Assembly (NCBI GenBank): GCA_045598925.1 | Contig: JAZRVC010000009.1 | Coordinates: forward strand, 1-56,354 | Origin: Alphaproteobacteria bacterium | GTDB taxonomy: Bacteria; Pseudomonadota; Alphaproteobacteria; CAAHEQ01; UBA3637 | Direction of reading: 5' to 3' | DNA length: 56,354 bases | Shown: positions 28,559 to 39,283 of the stretch, piece by piece | Layout: every line of letters starts with the position of its first letter | How positions within the stretch are numbered: the first letter of the stretch is position 1 | Program-made: the position numbers and the translations under genes | Notes under the pieces: model-generated | Told to the model about the DNA's origin: nothing | The model's database searches: none | What the model saw: only the letters and a program-made list of their open reading frames with translations

Positions 28559-30723
28559 TCGCCACTCCCTGTTAAAATTTCCCGTTTGCCGGCGACATTC
28601 GGGGCGGAAACAATCCCGTTTTCTTCCATTTTTTCAATAAGACTTGCCGCTTTATTATACCCGATAGAAAGCCGTCTTTGAATATAACTGGTCGTGGGCT
28701 TTTTATCCCTTAAAACAATCGCCACCGCTTTATCATAGAGTTCATCCCCACTGGCCGAAGCGCCAATCCCCCCGCTGGCCATTTCGGCGGAATCCTGCAC
28801 CACCGCATCCACATACTTGGGCTCACCTTGATTTGCCCAGTGTTTCACGACAGCGCCCACATCATCATCCGATACAAACGGCCCATGAATACGGGTGGGC
28901 TTATTCCCCGCCGGCATATACAGCATATCGCCTTTACCCAGCAATTGTTCGGCTCCTTGTTCATCCAAAATGGTACGTGAGTCAATTTTGTTGCGCACTT
29001 GGAAAGAAATACGAGACGGGAAGTTGGATTTAATTGTACCGGTCACCACATCCACGGACGGACGCTGAGTCGCCAAGACCAAGTGAATCCCTACGGCACG
29101 CGCCATTTGTGCCAACCGTTGAATCAAAGGATCGGCCTCTTTTCCACACTGGCCCATCAAATCGGCCATTTCATCAATGATAAAGACAATATATGGCAAC
29201 GGTGTTAAATCAAAGGCTTGATCTTCCATAATGGCTTCGCCTGTTGCGGGATCAAAGCCCGTTTGCACCCGACGTTTCAGGGTCAAATTTTTCTCTTTGG
29301 CCTCTTTCAGTTTCGCATTAAAACCTTCAATATTACGCACCCCCACCTGGCTCATTGAACGATAGCGATCTTCCATTTCATGCACCGCCCATTTCAGCGC
29401 CATCAAAGACTTGGCAGGTTCTGTGACCACTGGGGTCAATAAGTGCGGAATCCCGTTATAGACAGACAGTTCCACCATTTTCGGATCCACCAAAATCAAG
29501 CGACATTGTTCGGGGGTAAAACGATAAAGCAAGGACAAAATCATGGTGTTGATGCCCACGGATTTGCCCGATCCCGTTGTTCCCGCCACCAATAAGTGAG
29601 GCATTTTGGCCAAATCCGCAAAGATAGGCTTACCCCCGATATTTTTGCCCAAAATAATCGGTAAAGCCCCTTTGTGTTCTTTAAAGCCATCATCTTCTAT
29701 CATCTCACGAATATAGACGGTTTCTCGGCTGGGGTTCGGCATTTCTATACCAATGACATTACTGCCCGGAACCACCGCCATCCGCACAGATATTGCCCGC
29801 ATTTCACGCGCCACATCATCCGCCAAAGCAATCACACGGGATGTTTTAACCCCACTGGCAGGTTCAAATTCATACAAGGTTACCACGGGTCCCGGATGTG
29901 CCCCCACCACTTGCCCTTGTACCCCAAACTGCGCGAGTACATTTTCCAAAGAACGCGAGATTTGATTCATCTGTTCACGACTGAACTTTGAACCACCCCC
30001 TTCTTTCACGGGCGCCAACAAATCACTGGACGGTAAAGCCAAACTCGGCAATGATTTCGGCTGTAAAGTATGTGGCGTATTTTTCACGGCCTTCACCTTG
30101 ACTTTCGGCACAGATTTTTTGATTTTGGCCACTTGTTGATGAATATGAATTTTTGTGAATAAGGCTTTAATTTTCGGGGATAAACGGATGGGTAATTTTC
30201 CAAACAGGTAAACAATTCCTTTGCCCAATCCTTTAAATAAAAAGCCCACGGGTATTTTTAACGCCCAAGCAAACAGGAAAAAATCAATAACACAGGCGGC
30301 CACCAACCACCCACCGGCTAAAATCGGCAAACACGCTTTTAAATAAAAACCGATGAATCCGCCCAATCCTGCCTTTAACCAAGACGCTTCAAAAGGGTAT
30401 ATCGCCCCCAACCATAACCCCAACAAAACCGCCACAAACAACAAACATAAACGACATTTCAACCATCTTTGCTTTAAAAAAGAAAACACCACAAACACCG
30501 CCATAAACACAGGCATCATAAAGGCCATCATCCCAAATAATTGTAAAACAGCATCCGCTGTCCAAGCCCCGACACGCCCGAAATAATTTTGAATATCATG
30601 AGAATTGTGGGCCACATTCCATGCTTGATCTTGCGGACAATAACCAATCAAACACACGCCCAAAAATAAAGCCAAGAACATCCAAAAAAACAATTTGATA
30701 TATCTTCCTTTACTCTCCTTCAT
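28555..30723 (-). CDS. ftsK: DNA translocase FtsK
   Basis: N-terminal TM domain, GPVVTLYE, PHLLVAGTTGSGKS, DEMADLM, ATQRPSVDV and a gamma domain (SYIQRRLSIGYNKAA). Confidence 0.97.
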   Translation of the reverse strand: MKESKGRYIKLFFWMFLALFLGVCLIGYCPQDQAWNVAHNSHDIQNYFGRVGAWTADAVLQLFGMMAFMMPVFMAVFVVFSFLKQRWLKCRLCLLFVAVLLGLWLGAIYPFEASWLKAGLGGFIGFYLKACLPILAGGWLVAACVIDFFLFAWALKIPVGFLFKGLGKGIVYLFGKLPIRLSPKIKALFTKIHIHQQVAKIKKSVPKVKVKAVKNTPHTLQPKSLPSLALPSSDLLAPVKEGGGSKFSREQMNQISRSLENVLAQFGVQGQVVGAHPGPVVTLYEFEPASGVKTSRVIALADDVAREMRAISVRMAVVPGSNVIGIEMPNPSRETVYIREMIEDDGFKEHKGALPIILGKNIGGKPIFADLAKMPHLLVAGTTGSGKSVGINTMILSLLYRFTPEQCRLILVDPKMVELSVYNGIPHLLTPVVTEPAKSLMALKWAVHEMEDRYRSMSQVGVRNIEGFNAKLKEAKEKNLTLKRRVQTGFDPATGEAIMEDQAFDLTPLPYIVFIIDEMADLMGQCGKEADPLIQRLAQMARAVGIHLVLATQRPSVDVVTGTIKSNFPSRISFQVRNKIDSRTILDEQGAEQLLGKGDMLYMPAGNKPTRIHGPFVSDDDVGAVVKHWANQGEPKYVDAVVQDSAEMASGGIGASASGDELYDKAVAIVLRDKKPTTSYIQRRLSIGYNKAASLIEKMEENGIVSAPNVAGKREILTGSGE

Positions 30724-31364
30724 TCTGTCCCCCTCTCCTGCTGAATGACCTGACGAATAATCGGAATCGTAATCTTGCGGCCGCTTTCTAAAGCCAATTG
30801 ATCTGCTTTGGCCACCACCCGTTGCAAAAGCGGGAAAGACCGTGTCAGATGTTGGCTTAAATAATCCAACACATTTTCTTCCACCAAAATATGACGATCT
30901 TCAAAATCTTTTTTGGCGACCTGACGCATCAACATTTCATCCGGTAAAGTAATTTCGGCTTTAGGAATCATATTCAATCTAGACACCAAATCCGGCAAAC
31001 TAAAATCAGGGACAGAGCGCGAAGTCAACAGCAAATCCCCCCCCATTTCCCGCACAAAATTAAATAAATGCAGCAATGCTTCTTCATCAGGTAAATCCTG
31101 TAAATTTTCCACCACCATCTTTTTTTGAAAAGGCGGACGAAAAAAACCGGTTAAATTTTTGGCTTCAATCACCGTTTCAGAAAACAAATTCGCCAAGTGT
31201 GTTTTTCCTGAACCTTCCGGCCCGATAATCCACACAGCGTGTTGTGGCCAATCGGGATATTTATCAATCCAAGCAATTGCTTCCTCATTACATTGAGAAA
31301 CCCAAAAGGCTGTTCGGCCATAAACGGTTCTGTAAGGTAAAGAAAACGCCAATTGCTCCGTCAT
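30720..31364 (-). CDS. hdaA: DnaA regulatory inactivator HdaA/Hda family protein
   Basis: N-terminal clamp-binding motif QLAFSL, GPEGSGKTHLA, LLHLFN and LPDLVSRL. Confidence 0.85.
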   Translation of the reverse strand: MTEQLAFSLPYRTVYGRTAFWVSQCNEEAIAWIDKYPDWPQHAVWIIGPEGSGKTHLANLFSETVIEAKNLTGFFRPPFQKKMVVENLQDLPDEEALLHLFNFVREMGGDLLLTSRSVPDFSLPDLVSRLNMIPKAEITLPDEMLMRQVAKKDFEDRHILVEENVLDYLSQHLTRSFPLLQRVVAKADQLALESGRKITIPIIRQVIQQERGTE

Positions 31365-32411
31365 TTATTTTCCTTTAAAAAAGGGCGTATTTTGATACCA
31401 CTTATATCCCCAACGAATCAAGACGCCCGCAATGGCCGCCAAAGGCACCGCCACCAACACACCCAAAAAGCCGAACAAAGAACCGCAGGCGAGCAATGCA
31501 AACAGAACCCAAAAAGGAGAAAGTCCCACGCGCCGTCCCACCAAATAAGGGGTCAAGATATAACTTTCCAACACACTGCCCACACAATAAACCGCCATGA
31601 CCCAACCGAACAACGACCAACCGCCACCTTGAATCAAAACCATAATCAAGGCCACCGCCAAACCGGTGAAAAAGCCGACATAAGGGATAAAACTCAACAA
31701 ACCGGTCGCCAACCCGATGACGCCCCCTAAATCTAATTGTGTTAAACTTAAGGCCACCCCGTAATACACCATCAAAATAAAACTTAAAGAGGCTTGACCA
31801 CGCAAGAAAGCCGACAGTGTTTGACTGAGTTCACCACTCATTTTTTTCACGGTTTCACGATGACGATGAGGAATCATTTCTACACATTTTTTTTGAACCA
31901 TAGGTAAATCCTTTAAAACATAAAATAACACAATCGGGCTGATAAACACAAGCATTAAAATATTCATCACAGCCAACCCGCCGGAAATCAACCGATTGAG
32001 CCCCGCCCCAAAGGCATTTAAAACCCCCATAGCGGTTTGTGTGGCTGTATCAGATAAACGATACATTTCTTGATAGGACATTTCCGGTTTTCCCCACAAC
32101 ACCACATCTTTTAAATAGGACCATAACTTTTCCGCCATTAAAGGAATACGGCTGATAAAGCCCGTGATTTGTGCCTGTAAAACGGGAATAAATAAAAACA
32201 ACCCGAACGCCAAAACGACCAAGACACTCACTACCACAACGGCCGTGGCCATTCCCCGCCCGATATATTTGGATAATTTATTCACCAACGGATTCAATAA
32301 ATAGGCCAACACAAAAGCCAAAATGAAAGGAAGTAGAATCGCCTCAATCGCCCACAAAAATCCAATTAATAAAAATAAAAAAATACCCGCATAAATCAGT
32401 TTTTTATTCAT
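31365..32411 (-). CDS. AI-2E family transporter (PerM-like)
   Basis: ILLPF...AYLLNPLV, FLRGQ, FIPYVG, ESYILTPYLVG.RVGL.P and FGFLGVLVAVP. Confidence 0.9.
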   Translation of the reverse strand: MNKKLIYAGIFLFLLIGFLWAIEAILLPFILAFVLAYLLNPLVNKLSKYIGRGMATAVVVVSVLVVLAFGLFLFIPVLQAQITGFISRIPLMAEKLWSYLKDVVLWGKPEMSYQEMYRLSDTATQTAMGVLNAFGAGLNRLISGGLAVMNILMLVFISPIVLFYVLKDLPMVQKKCVEMIPHRHRETVKKMSGELSQTLSAFLRGQASLSFILMVYYGVALSLTQLDLGGVIGLATGLLSFIPYVGFFTGLAVALIMVLIQGGGWSLFGWVMAVYCVGSVLESYILTPYLVGRRVGLSPFWVLFALLACGSLFGFLGVLVAVPLAAIAGVLIRWGYKWYQNTPFFKGK

Positions 32412-33462
32412 ACACAACTCCTTTTCTTAATGTACCGGAATTACCCATAAAATCAGCCGTCCAAGTCCAACCGGCTTGACGCCATTTTTGGGCCAATTCA
32501 TCTGAATCCCCTTCATAGGCAAAAGAAATCAACATCTGATCTTTAAAGGCACCTTGCAACAAAACATCTTTCACAAACTTTAACTTTTCCAAACTTTTTT
32601 GATCTTGCCCCCATTGAGAAAGCGAAACTTCATTGAGTCTGGCATAATAAAGGCGATCTTGTTTGGGGAGTTGCGCCGCTTTTTCACGAACTTCTTTTTC
32701 AAATTTTTGTAATAAATTTTCCCAAGCAGTTTCAATGGAATACCCCTGATACCAATCAAAGGCCGTTTGTTGCTGTTGTAAGGTATTTTGCGCATAAATT
32801 TCCCCCGTGAAGCGCCAATTCTCTGTCCCCACTTGTTCCGCTTTAACAAACAGTAAAGCATCGGCCCCATAGCGCGCCATAAAAGGATTTAATTGCGTGA
32901 TATCCATTGTTTTTAAAAATTGATTGACCGCTACAATTTCATCCAAATCTCCGCTCAATAATTTAATATCATAAAAATCGGACAATTTTTCTTGGGTATT
33001 TAAAAACTGATGAACGGGATTCATTTCGTCTATCCCCATCCAACCATCGGTTGTTTTATAAACAGGCACCACCAATAAAGAAGCCGGCGTCTTTTTTAAA
33101 AAAGGAATATTTTTTTGTGATAAAAATTCTTCCACCGCTGATTTTTTAAATTGCACATCCACGCTCGCCCAATAATCCGTTGTGGTATTTTTTTCGCTTT
33201 TTAAGGAAAAGTCTTGCACCATGGATTCAATTTCCGTATTTTCCGGTAATTGATCCACAAAAGGATGATTGCCCCCGACCAAACGCCGCATAAGGGTTGT
33301 AAAAGCCTGTTGTTGCGCCTGTGTCAAAGCGTCCGTTTTGGCCTCTTTGGCCGAAGCCGCCGTTGATTGAACAGAAATATCTTGAATCTGATAAAAGTCT
33401 GCTAGCGCAGCAAAGGAGACTGTCATCAACCCAAGTGTTAAAAATAAAGATTTACAATTCAT
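32404..33462 (-). CDS. DUF2066-like exported protein
   Basis: Signal peptide; ISVQSTAASAKEAKTDAL...AFTTLMRRL. Sits next to AI-2E/hdaA, as in alphaproteobacteria. Confidence 0.6.
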   Translation of the reverse strand: MNCKSLFLTLGLMTVSFAALADFYQIQDISVQSTAASAKEAKTDALTQAQQQAFTTLMRRLVGGNHPFVDQLPENTEIESMVQDFSLKSEKNTTTDYWASVDVQFKKSAVEEFLSQKNIPFLKKTPASLLVVPVYKTTDGWMGIDEMNPVHQFLNTQEKLSDFYDIKLLSGDLDEIVAVNQFLKTMDITQLNPFMARYGADALLFVKAEQVGTENWRFTGEIYAQNTLQQQQTAFDWYQGYSIETAWENLLQKFEKEVREKAAQLPKQDRLYYARLNEVSLSQWGQDQKSLEKLKFVKDVLLQGAFKDQMLISFAYEGDSDELAQKWRQAGWTWTADFMGNSGTLRKGVVYE

Positions 33463-33543
33463 TTTTTTGTTGCCCTTTTTTCTGGATAAGAGTATTCTAG
33501 CATAAAATAAATGAAAAATACAAATAAAAAAGGAGAATATGAA

Positions 33544-33903
33544 ATGGTCCACTATGATGCCGACAATGTTTTTGCCAAAATTTTAAGAGGAGAAATTCCC
33601 TGTAAAAAAATTTATGAGGATGAAAATGTCTTGTCATTTTACGACATCAACCCAAAAGCAAAAATTCACGCCTTAGTCATCACCAAAGGGATGTATGTCA
33701 ATTTCCAAGATTTTGTGGAACATTCTTCCAATAAAGAAATCACGGATTTTTTCCGATCGGTTTTGCATGTGTGTAATTTGTTGGGGCTGAAAGAAAACGG
33801 CTATCGTTTAGTCATGAATACCGGCAAAGATTCAGGTCAAGAAGTCCCCCACTTACACGTGCATATTTTGGGTGGCGAAGTCTTACCCACAGACCATATT
33901 TAA
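33544..33903 (+). CDS. HIT-family nucleotide-binding protein (HinT-like)
   Basis: YDADNVFAKILRGEIP and GQEVPHLHVHILGG. AAGGAG RBS before ATG 33544. Confidence 0.93.
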   Translation: MVHYDADNVFAKILRGEIPCKKIYEDENVLSFYDINPKAKIHALVITKGMYVNFQDFVEHSSNKEITDFFRSVLHVCNLLGLKENGYRLVMNTGKDSGQEVPHLHVHILGGEVLPTDHI

Positions 33904-35657
33904 TTTTTCTGATTTTTTAAATCTTTGGTGCGGGCGAAGGAAAAAATCATTCCACCGGTAATGGGATCGCATTCGCGCAAAATCACAGGCACTTCATCCC
34001 CCATTTTATAAACTCTCCCCGTATGGCGCCCAATCAAGCGTGCCCCTTTTTCATCCACTTTATAGTAATCCCCGTGCATGGTGCGGAAAGGCACAAAACC
34101 ATCGGCCCCTGTCCCGTTCATCATCAAAAAGCATCCAAAAACGGTGACAGCCGAAATTCGCCCGTAAAAAAGTTCTCCGATTTTTTCGTGCATATAACCT
34201 GCCAAATAGCGATCCACCGCATTTTGTTCGGCTGAGGCGCTATTGCGTTCGGTAAAGGAAATATGTTCGGCAATTTCATCAAACTGTTTTTCTTCATCCG
34301 ATGTCAATCCGCCTTTACCCAACTTTAAAGCGCTCACCAGCGCCCGATGCACCATCAAATCCGCATACCGCCGAATCGGGGACGTAAAGTGGGCATACTT
34401 GGGCAAAGCCAATCCAAAATGCCCGATATTATCGGGACTATATTCGGCTTGCGCTTGCGTCCTTAAGACAAAGGTATTCATGGCATAATCCATTTTTTTC
34501 CCATCTACACGATGTAAAATTTCATTAAAGGAGGTTCCCGAAACGTCCGACAAGCGTTTTTTAAAGCCCAAAGATTTTAAAAAGTCATTAAAGCGGGTGA
34601 GTTTTTCTTCACTGGGCCTGTCATGAACACGATACATAGTGGCCACTCCTGCTTTTTCCAAAGTTTCGGCCGCCGACACATTCGCCAAAATCATCATTTC
34701 TTCAATCAATTGCATACTGTCGGTTTGCAGGCGTTGGCTGACCCCCACCACTTGCCCTTTGTCGTTCAGACTGACTTTTCGTTCGGGCACATCCAGTTCC
34801 AACACCCCCCGTTTTTGGCGTAATTCCTTTAAATGATGATAGGCTTCAATCAAAGCCGTGAGGGGTTCCTTTACATTTTCCAATCCTGCGCCACTGTCCA
34901 TAAAATTTTGCACTTCATTATAGGTCAGGCGCGCCCGAGACCGAATTAAAGCCCGATAAAATTTGTGTGCTGTTTTTTGCCCCTGTTTATTTAAGTAAAT
35001 ATCACACACCATCGCACCCCGGTCTTCGTTGGGGTTTAATGAGCACATCCCGTTGGACAAACTAAAAGGAAGCATCGGGACCACTCTATCGGGAAAATAA
35101 GTGGAATTTCCCCGTTTAAAGGCTTCTTTATCCAACGCCGATGCGGGCAACACATACCATGACACATCCGCAATTGCAACCCGGATGTGATAGCCTTTAT
35201 CTGTTTTTTCTCCCCATACCGCATCATCAAAATCGCGGGCATCCGCGCCATCAATCGTCATAAAGGGCACTTCGCGTAAATCGGTGCGTTTTTCCAATGG
35301 TGGCACGACCGCCTGCTTTCCTTCATTTTCGGCAGATTCAGAAAAAGTGGTCGGCAAATGTGCTTGCGCCATCGCCAACAAAGTGGGCGAAAAAGGATCA
35401 TTGATATTGCCCAGTTTTTTTTGAAATTCGCCCGCCGAATCAGTGCGCACAAAACGGGGAATTTGAATTTCCACAATATCCCCTTCTTTTAAATGGACCG
35501 AAGGGGGCACATGGCGCACATAAAAAGTATGGGCCTGTTTCCTATCCGCCGGCACGACTTGGCCGTTTTGCCAAACACCCACCAAAAACACGGGCTTTTC
35601 TTCGGGCTCTTCCCGTTCCCGCCGATGACGCATAAAATGTTTAAATTTTTTTCGCAT
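33900..35657 (-). CDS. rnr: Ribonuclease R/RNB-family exoribonuclease (N-terminally shortened)
   Basis: TIDGADARDFDDAV, VAIADVS, RGNSTYFP, LIEEMMILAN, HFTSPIRRYADL and a C-terminal S1 domain. Confidence 0.9.
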   Translation of the reverse strand: MRKKFKHFMRHRREREEPEEKPVFLVGVWQNGQVVPADRKQAHTFYVRHVPPSVHLKEGDIVEIQIPRFVRTDSAGEFQKKLGNINDPFSPTLLAMAQAHLPTTFSESAENEGKQAVVPPLEKRTDLREVPFMTIDGADARDFDDAVWGEKTDKGYHIRVAIADVSWYVLPASALDKEAFKRGNSTYFPDRVVPMLPFSLSNGMCSLNPNEDRGAMVCDIYLNKQGQKTAHKFYRALIRSRARLTYNEVQNFMDSGAGLENVKEPLTALIEAYHHLKELRQKRGVLELDVPERKVSLNDKGQVVGVSQRLQTDSMQLIEEMMILANVSAAETLEKAGVATMYRVHDRPSEEKLTRFNDFLKSLGFKKRLSDVSGTSFNEILHRVDGKKMDYAMNTFVLRTQAQAEYSPDNIGHFGLALPKYAHFTSPIRRYADLMVHRALVSALKLGKGGLTSDEEKQFDEIAEHISFTERNSASAEQNAVDRYLAGYMHEKIGELFYGRISAVTVFGCFLMMNGTGADGFVPFRTMHGDYYKVDEKGARLIGRHTGRVYKMGDEVPVILRECDPITGGMIFSFARTKDLKNQKN

Positions 35658-35663
35658 AAGTTC

Positions 35664-35722
35664 AGTGTATCTGGATTCATCCCAAAAAGCAAGTGGACTT
35701 TTTTTGATAAATTTGCTAAAAG
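35664..35722. promoter_or_regulatory. Back-to-back divergent promoters for rnr and murI, both in leaderless configuration
   Basis: Minus strand TTGCTT-N17-TACACT-6nt-ATG(35657); plus strand TGGACT-N17-TAAAAG-6nt-ATG(35729). Confidence 0.6.
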
Positions 35723-35728
35723 AGTCTT

Positions 35729-36517
35729 ATGAAAATTGGCGTTTTTGATTCAGGATTAGGCGGGCTGATTATTGCGAAAGCACTGATGAAAGCCCTGCCT
35801 GAATATGACTATGTGTATTTGGGCGATACACAACATCTTCCCTATGGGGAAAAAACATCGGGACATATTTTGTCCTATACGTTAAAGGCTATGCGTTTTT
35901 TAATTGGGCAAGATTGTGGCCTGATTATTATTGCCTGTAATACCGCCACCGCCATTACTTTGCGCTATTTACAAAAGCGTTTTTGCCCATCAGAAAGCCC
36001 CTCTACCAAAATTTTAGGTGTCATTATTCCCGCGGTGGAAGAAGCCCTGACAACCACCCCCGATCAAATCGCTGTCATTGCGACCAAAGCCACTATTCGT
36101 GGGGATATTTATAAAACGGAACTGAATAAAATAGATTCAAAACTGCCGGTGTTTTCTTTGGCGACCCCCGAACTGGTGCCCGCGATAGAAAGTGCCGATT
36201 TTCAAAAAGCCGATACCCTCATGCGCACTTATTCGGCACAATTAAAAGACTTTCCTGCCTTGATTTTAGGATGCACTCACTATCCTATTATCAAAAACAT
36301 CATCCAAAAACACCTGCCCAACACACGCTTGATTTCTCAAGATGAATTTATGGGCGCCAAATTGGCGAATTATTTAAGCCGACATCCTGAAATTGACAAC
36401 ACCCTGTCCCGTCAAAGCACGCGCCGTTTTTTCATCACCGAAGAAAATCAGCATTATATTCAAGTGGCCCACCAAATAGACCCCACGATTTGTTTGGAAA
36501 AAGTTAAACTTATTTAA
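35729..36517 (+). CDS. murI: Glutamate racemase
   Basis: [22 protein letters not shown] and LILGCTHYP. Confidence 0.96.
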   Translation: MKIGVFDSGLGGLIIAKALMKALPEYDYVYLGDTQHLPYGEKTSGHILSYTLKAMRFLIGQDCGLIIIACNTATAITLRYLQKRFCPSESPSTKILGVIIPAVEEALTTTPDQIAVIATKATIRGDIYKTELNKIDSKLPVFSLATPELVPAIESADFQKADTLMRTYSAQLKDFPALILGCTHYPIIKNIIQKHLPNTRLISQDEFMGAKLANYLSRHPEIDNTLSRQSTRRFFITEENQHYIQVAHQIDPTICLEKVKLI

Positions 36518-37226
36518 CAGCGTCCAATTGTTTTTTCATAATTTCGGGCATGACTTTTCCCGCCATGGAAATTAGATTGATCAATTCTTCACTCGTAAAA
36601 GGCGCCGCTTCGGCCGTGCCTTGGACTTCCACCAACTGACCCAAATTATTCATCACAAAGTTCGCATCTGTTCCGGCATTGGAATCTTCCAAATAATCCA
36701 AATCCAACACCAAATTTTTTTGCACAATGCCGCAAGAAATCGCCGCCACCTGACCAAACATCGGGTCGCGTTCCAATTTTCCTTCGGCCAATAATTTATT
36801 AAGGGCTTGACGTACCGCCACCCACGCCCCCGTAATGGACGCTGTCCGAGTGCCGCCATCGGCCTGTAAAACATCACAATCAATTTTAATGGTCATCCCT
36901 TGCATTTGATGTAAATCCACCACAGAACGAATAGAACGCCCGATTAAACGTTGAATTTCATGGGTGCGCCCTTCTTGTTTTCCTTTAATGGCTTCCCGAT
37001 CAATCCGTGTCGCGTTGGCCCGTGGCAGCATGCCGTATTCAGCGGTAATCCACCCGCTGTGTTGCCCTTTCATCCAAGCGGGCACTTTAAATTCCACACT
37101 GGCGGTACACAGAACGTGTGTATCCCCACATTTCACCAAACACGACCCTTCCGCATGTTTATTCACATGGGATTGTAAAGTCAGTTCACGCATTTCATCA
37201 TTACTTCTGCCAGAATGTCTTGTCAT
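36510..37226 (-). CDS. rph: Ribonuclease PH
   Basis: [29 protein letters not shown] and [18 protein letters not shown]. Confidence 0.97.
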   Translation of the reverse strand: MTRHSGRSNDEMRELTLQSHVNKHAEGSCLVKCGDTHVLCTASVEFKVPAWMKGQHSGWITAEYGMLPRANATRIDREAIKGKQEGRTHEIQRLIGRSIRSVVDLHQMQGMTIKIDCDVLQADGGTRTASITGAWVAVRQALNKLLAEGKLERDPMFGQVAAISCGIVQKNLVLDLDYLEDSNAGTDANFVMNNLGQLVEVQGTAEAAPFTSEELINLISMAGKVMPEIMKKQLDAVK

Positions 37227-37354
37227 TTTAAAACTCCTTTGTTATGGGGATGATTGTACTCTTTTTCACAAAAAAAAGCAAGTTTAAGGCCAGACCCTTG
37301 ATTTTTGTGTTTCAAAAGACTACATATAAGAATAATCAAACGAAAGGATATCTG

Positions 37355-37933
37355 ATGAATAAAAATAATAAGTCCGCAACGCAAAAACCAAACCCGATGC
37401 CCGAACAAAAAAAGGAAGCAACTCCTCCGGCTCCCGTGGCCGAAGAACAAGTGGAAAAGTTGGCCCAAGAAGTCCTGCATTGGAAAGATTTGGCTTTACG
37501 CACGGCGGCCGAAATGGAAAATTTGCGCAAACGCTGTGCCTTGGATATGCAAAACAATACAAAATATGCCATTAAAGATTTTGCCAAAGACGTCTTACAG
37601 GTGGTGGATAATTTGGAAAACGCCATGAAACACGCCCGTGTGGAAATGGGCAAATCAACCGAACAACTCCCCCCGTTTTTTACCGGTTTTTTCCAAGGTA
37701 TTGAAATGACCCATAAATTATTGTTGGGGGCTTTGGAAAAACACCACGTCCAACAAATGCAAGATGTGGGCTCTGTGTTTAATCCCGATAAACACCAAGT
37801 GATTCAACAAGTGGAAGATCCGTCCAAACCCAACGGAACTATTATTGAACAACTGCAAACAGGTTATATGTTGGAAGACCGTGTCTTACGTGAAGCCATG
37901 GTCATTGTCAGTAAAGAACCCGTTCAACAATAA
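37355..37933 (+). CDS. grpE: Nucleotide exchange factor GrpE
   Basis: LRTAAEMENLRKR, FAKDVL.VVDNL, FNPDKH and GYMLEDRVLREAMV. AAGGA RBS before ATG 37355. Confidence 0.95.
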   Translation: MNKNNKSATQKPNPMPEQKKEATPPAPVAEEQVEKLAQEVLHWKDLALRTAAEMENLRKRCALDMQNNTKYAIKDFAKDVLQVVDNLENAMKHARVEMGKSTEQLPPFFTGFFQGIEMTHKLLLGALEKHHVQQMQDVGSVFNPDKHQVIQQVEDPSKPNGTIIEQLQTGYMLEDRVLREAMVIVSKEPVQQ

Positions 37934-37975
37934 TTTTTTGATTGATATTTTATGCTATTTTGGTAAAATATCTTT

Positions 37976-38824
37976 ATGGGTCTTTTAAAAGTTATTTGGC
38001 GTAAAATTCGCCCACGTCGAATTGGTAAGTATCGTTTTAATGAAATTGTTTTAAAACGAAACGGGTTTGAACGAGTCAAAAATAAAATAGAAGTTTTGGC
38101 TTTGGGGTCATCTCATATGGCACAAGCTTTCAACCCAAAATTTTATCGTTCCGGATGGGCATTTAACATGGCTTCTATGAACCTGGATCTCTATACCATT
38201 GAAAAATTATTCAATCAATATATTCCTCCCCATTTACAGAGGGTGTATCTGTCCTTTTCAGTGTTTTCCCCTGGACATGAAATTGATAAAGGAAATAATC
38301 AAGAACTGTGCTTTTTATTAAATTATTTTTATCATATTCCGTATCCGCATTTACATATGCCCCATGGATTACAAAAAGCATTAAAACATCGTTTGGAAAA
38401 TTTTGATGAATCAACCTTAGTTCAAACAAAAGACTTTGACGGATATTTTCCAATCCCCGCTTTTATCCCTAAAACATCAAAAAGAAAACAATATAAAGAT
38501 CTTAAAAAAAGAGTCGCCCATCACTTGTGTGAAAATCATCGACCAACAGATCAGGTCTATTTATTGGAAAATATTGCCCACTGTTGCCAAAAAAAGAAAA
38601 TAGAACTCATTGTGATCATTACACCACACCGACAAGATTATAATCAATTGATTCAACAAGCTGATAAAGAACTTTTTAAATCTTTATTTGCCGCCCAGAA
38701 AAAATACGGTTTTAAAATTTTAAATTGGCGTTGTTCAAAAAAATTTAAAGACAGAGACTTTTTGGATGCCGATCATTTAAATCCAACAGGCGCCGAAAAA
38801 TTCACAAAACTTTTAAATCTCTAA
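37976..38824 (+). CDS. SGNH/GDSL-like hydrolase or acyltransferase (DltD/DUF1574-like)
   Basis: ALGSSH (block I Ser) and C-terminal DFLDADHLNPTGA (DxxH). AT-rich. Confidence 0.6.
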   Translation: MGLLKVIWRKIRPRRIGKYRFNEIVLKRNGFERVKNKIEVLALGSSHMAQAFNPKFYRSGWAFNMASMNLDLYTIEKLFNQYIPPHLQRVYLSFSVFSPGHEIDKGNNQELCFLLNYFYHIPYPHLHMPHGLQKALKHRLENFDESTLVQTKDFDGYFPIPAFIPKTSKRKQYKDLKKRVAHHLCENHRPTDQVYLLENIAHCCQKKKIELIVIITPHRQDYNQLIQQADKELFKSLFAAQKKYGFKILNWRCSKKFKDRDFLDADHLNPTGAEKFTKLLNL

Positions 38825-39283
38825 TTTTTCAACGACGGGCAGAAATTCGGCCAAGACCTGTTCGTACACTTGCTTTTTAAACGGAATAATTAAATAGGGG
38901 GCTTTACGCGGATCGGCCCAACGATAACGAACAAATTCGGGATGTTTTTGTATTTTTAAATTGATATCCTGACGCTTTCCTTTAAACAACATTAAAAACC
39001 ATTTTTGCCGTTCCCCGTCAATCGTTCGATTTTTTTTATCCGGTAAATCATAGGTGTACCAATTATCGGAAACTTTAATCAAAGTGGTGTTTTCAGGTGT
39101 AAGCCCCGTTTCTTCATACATTTCACGCCAAGCCGCGGCTTCTGCTGTTTCCCCCGTATCAATCCCCCCTTGCGGCATTTGCCAATGATATTTAGAATGT
39201 TGTGTCCAAGCCCGATAAGCCAAAAACAACTTTTTATCCTGATTGATAATCATTACCCCAACTGCATCACGATATCTTGACAT
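38813..39283 (-). CDS. rppH: RNA pyrophosphohydrolase
   Basis: YR..VG, WQMPQGGID.GE...AAWREMYEETG (Nudix box), QKWF, PEF and FKKQVY. Confidence 0.92.
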   Translation of the reverse strand: MSRYRDAVGVMIINQDKKLFLAYRAWTQHSKYHWQMPQGGIDTGETAEAAAWREMYEETGLTPENTTLIKVSDNWYTYDLPDKKNRTIDGERQKWFLMLFKGKRQDINLKIQKHPEFVRYRWADPRKAPYLIIPFKKQVYEQVLAEFLPVVEKLEI

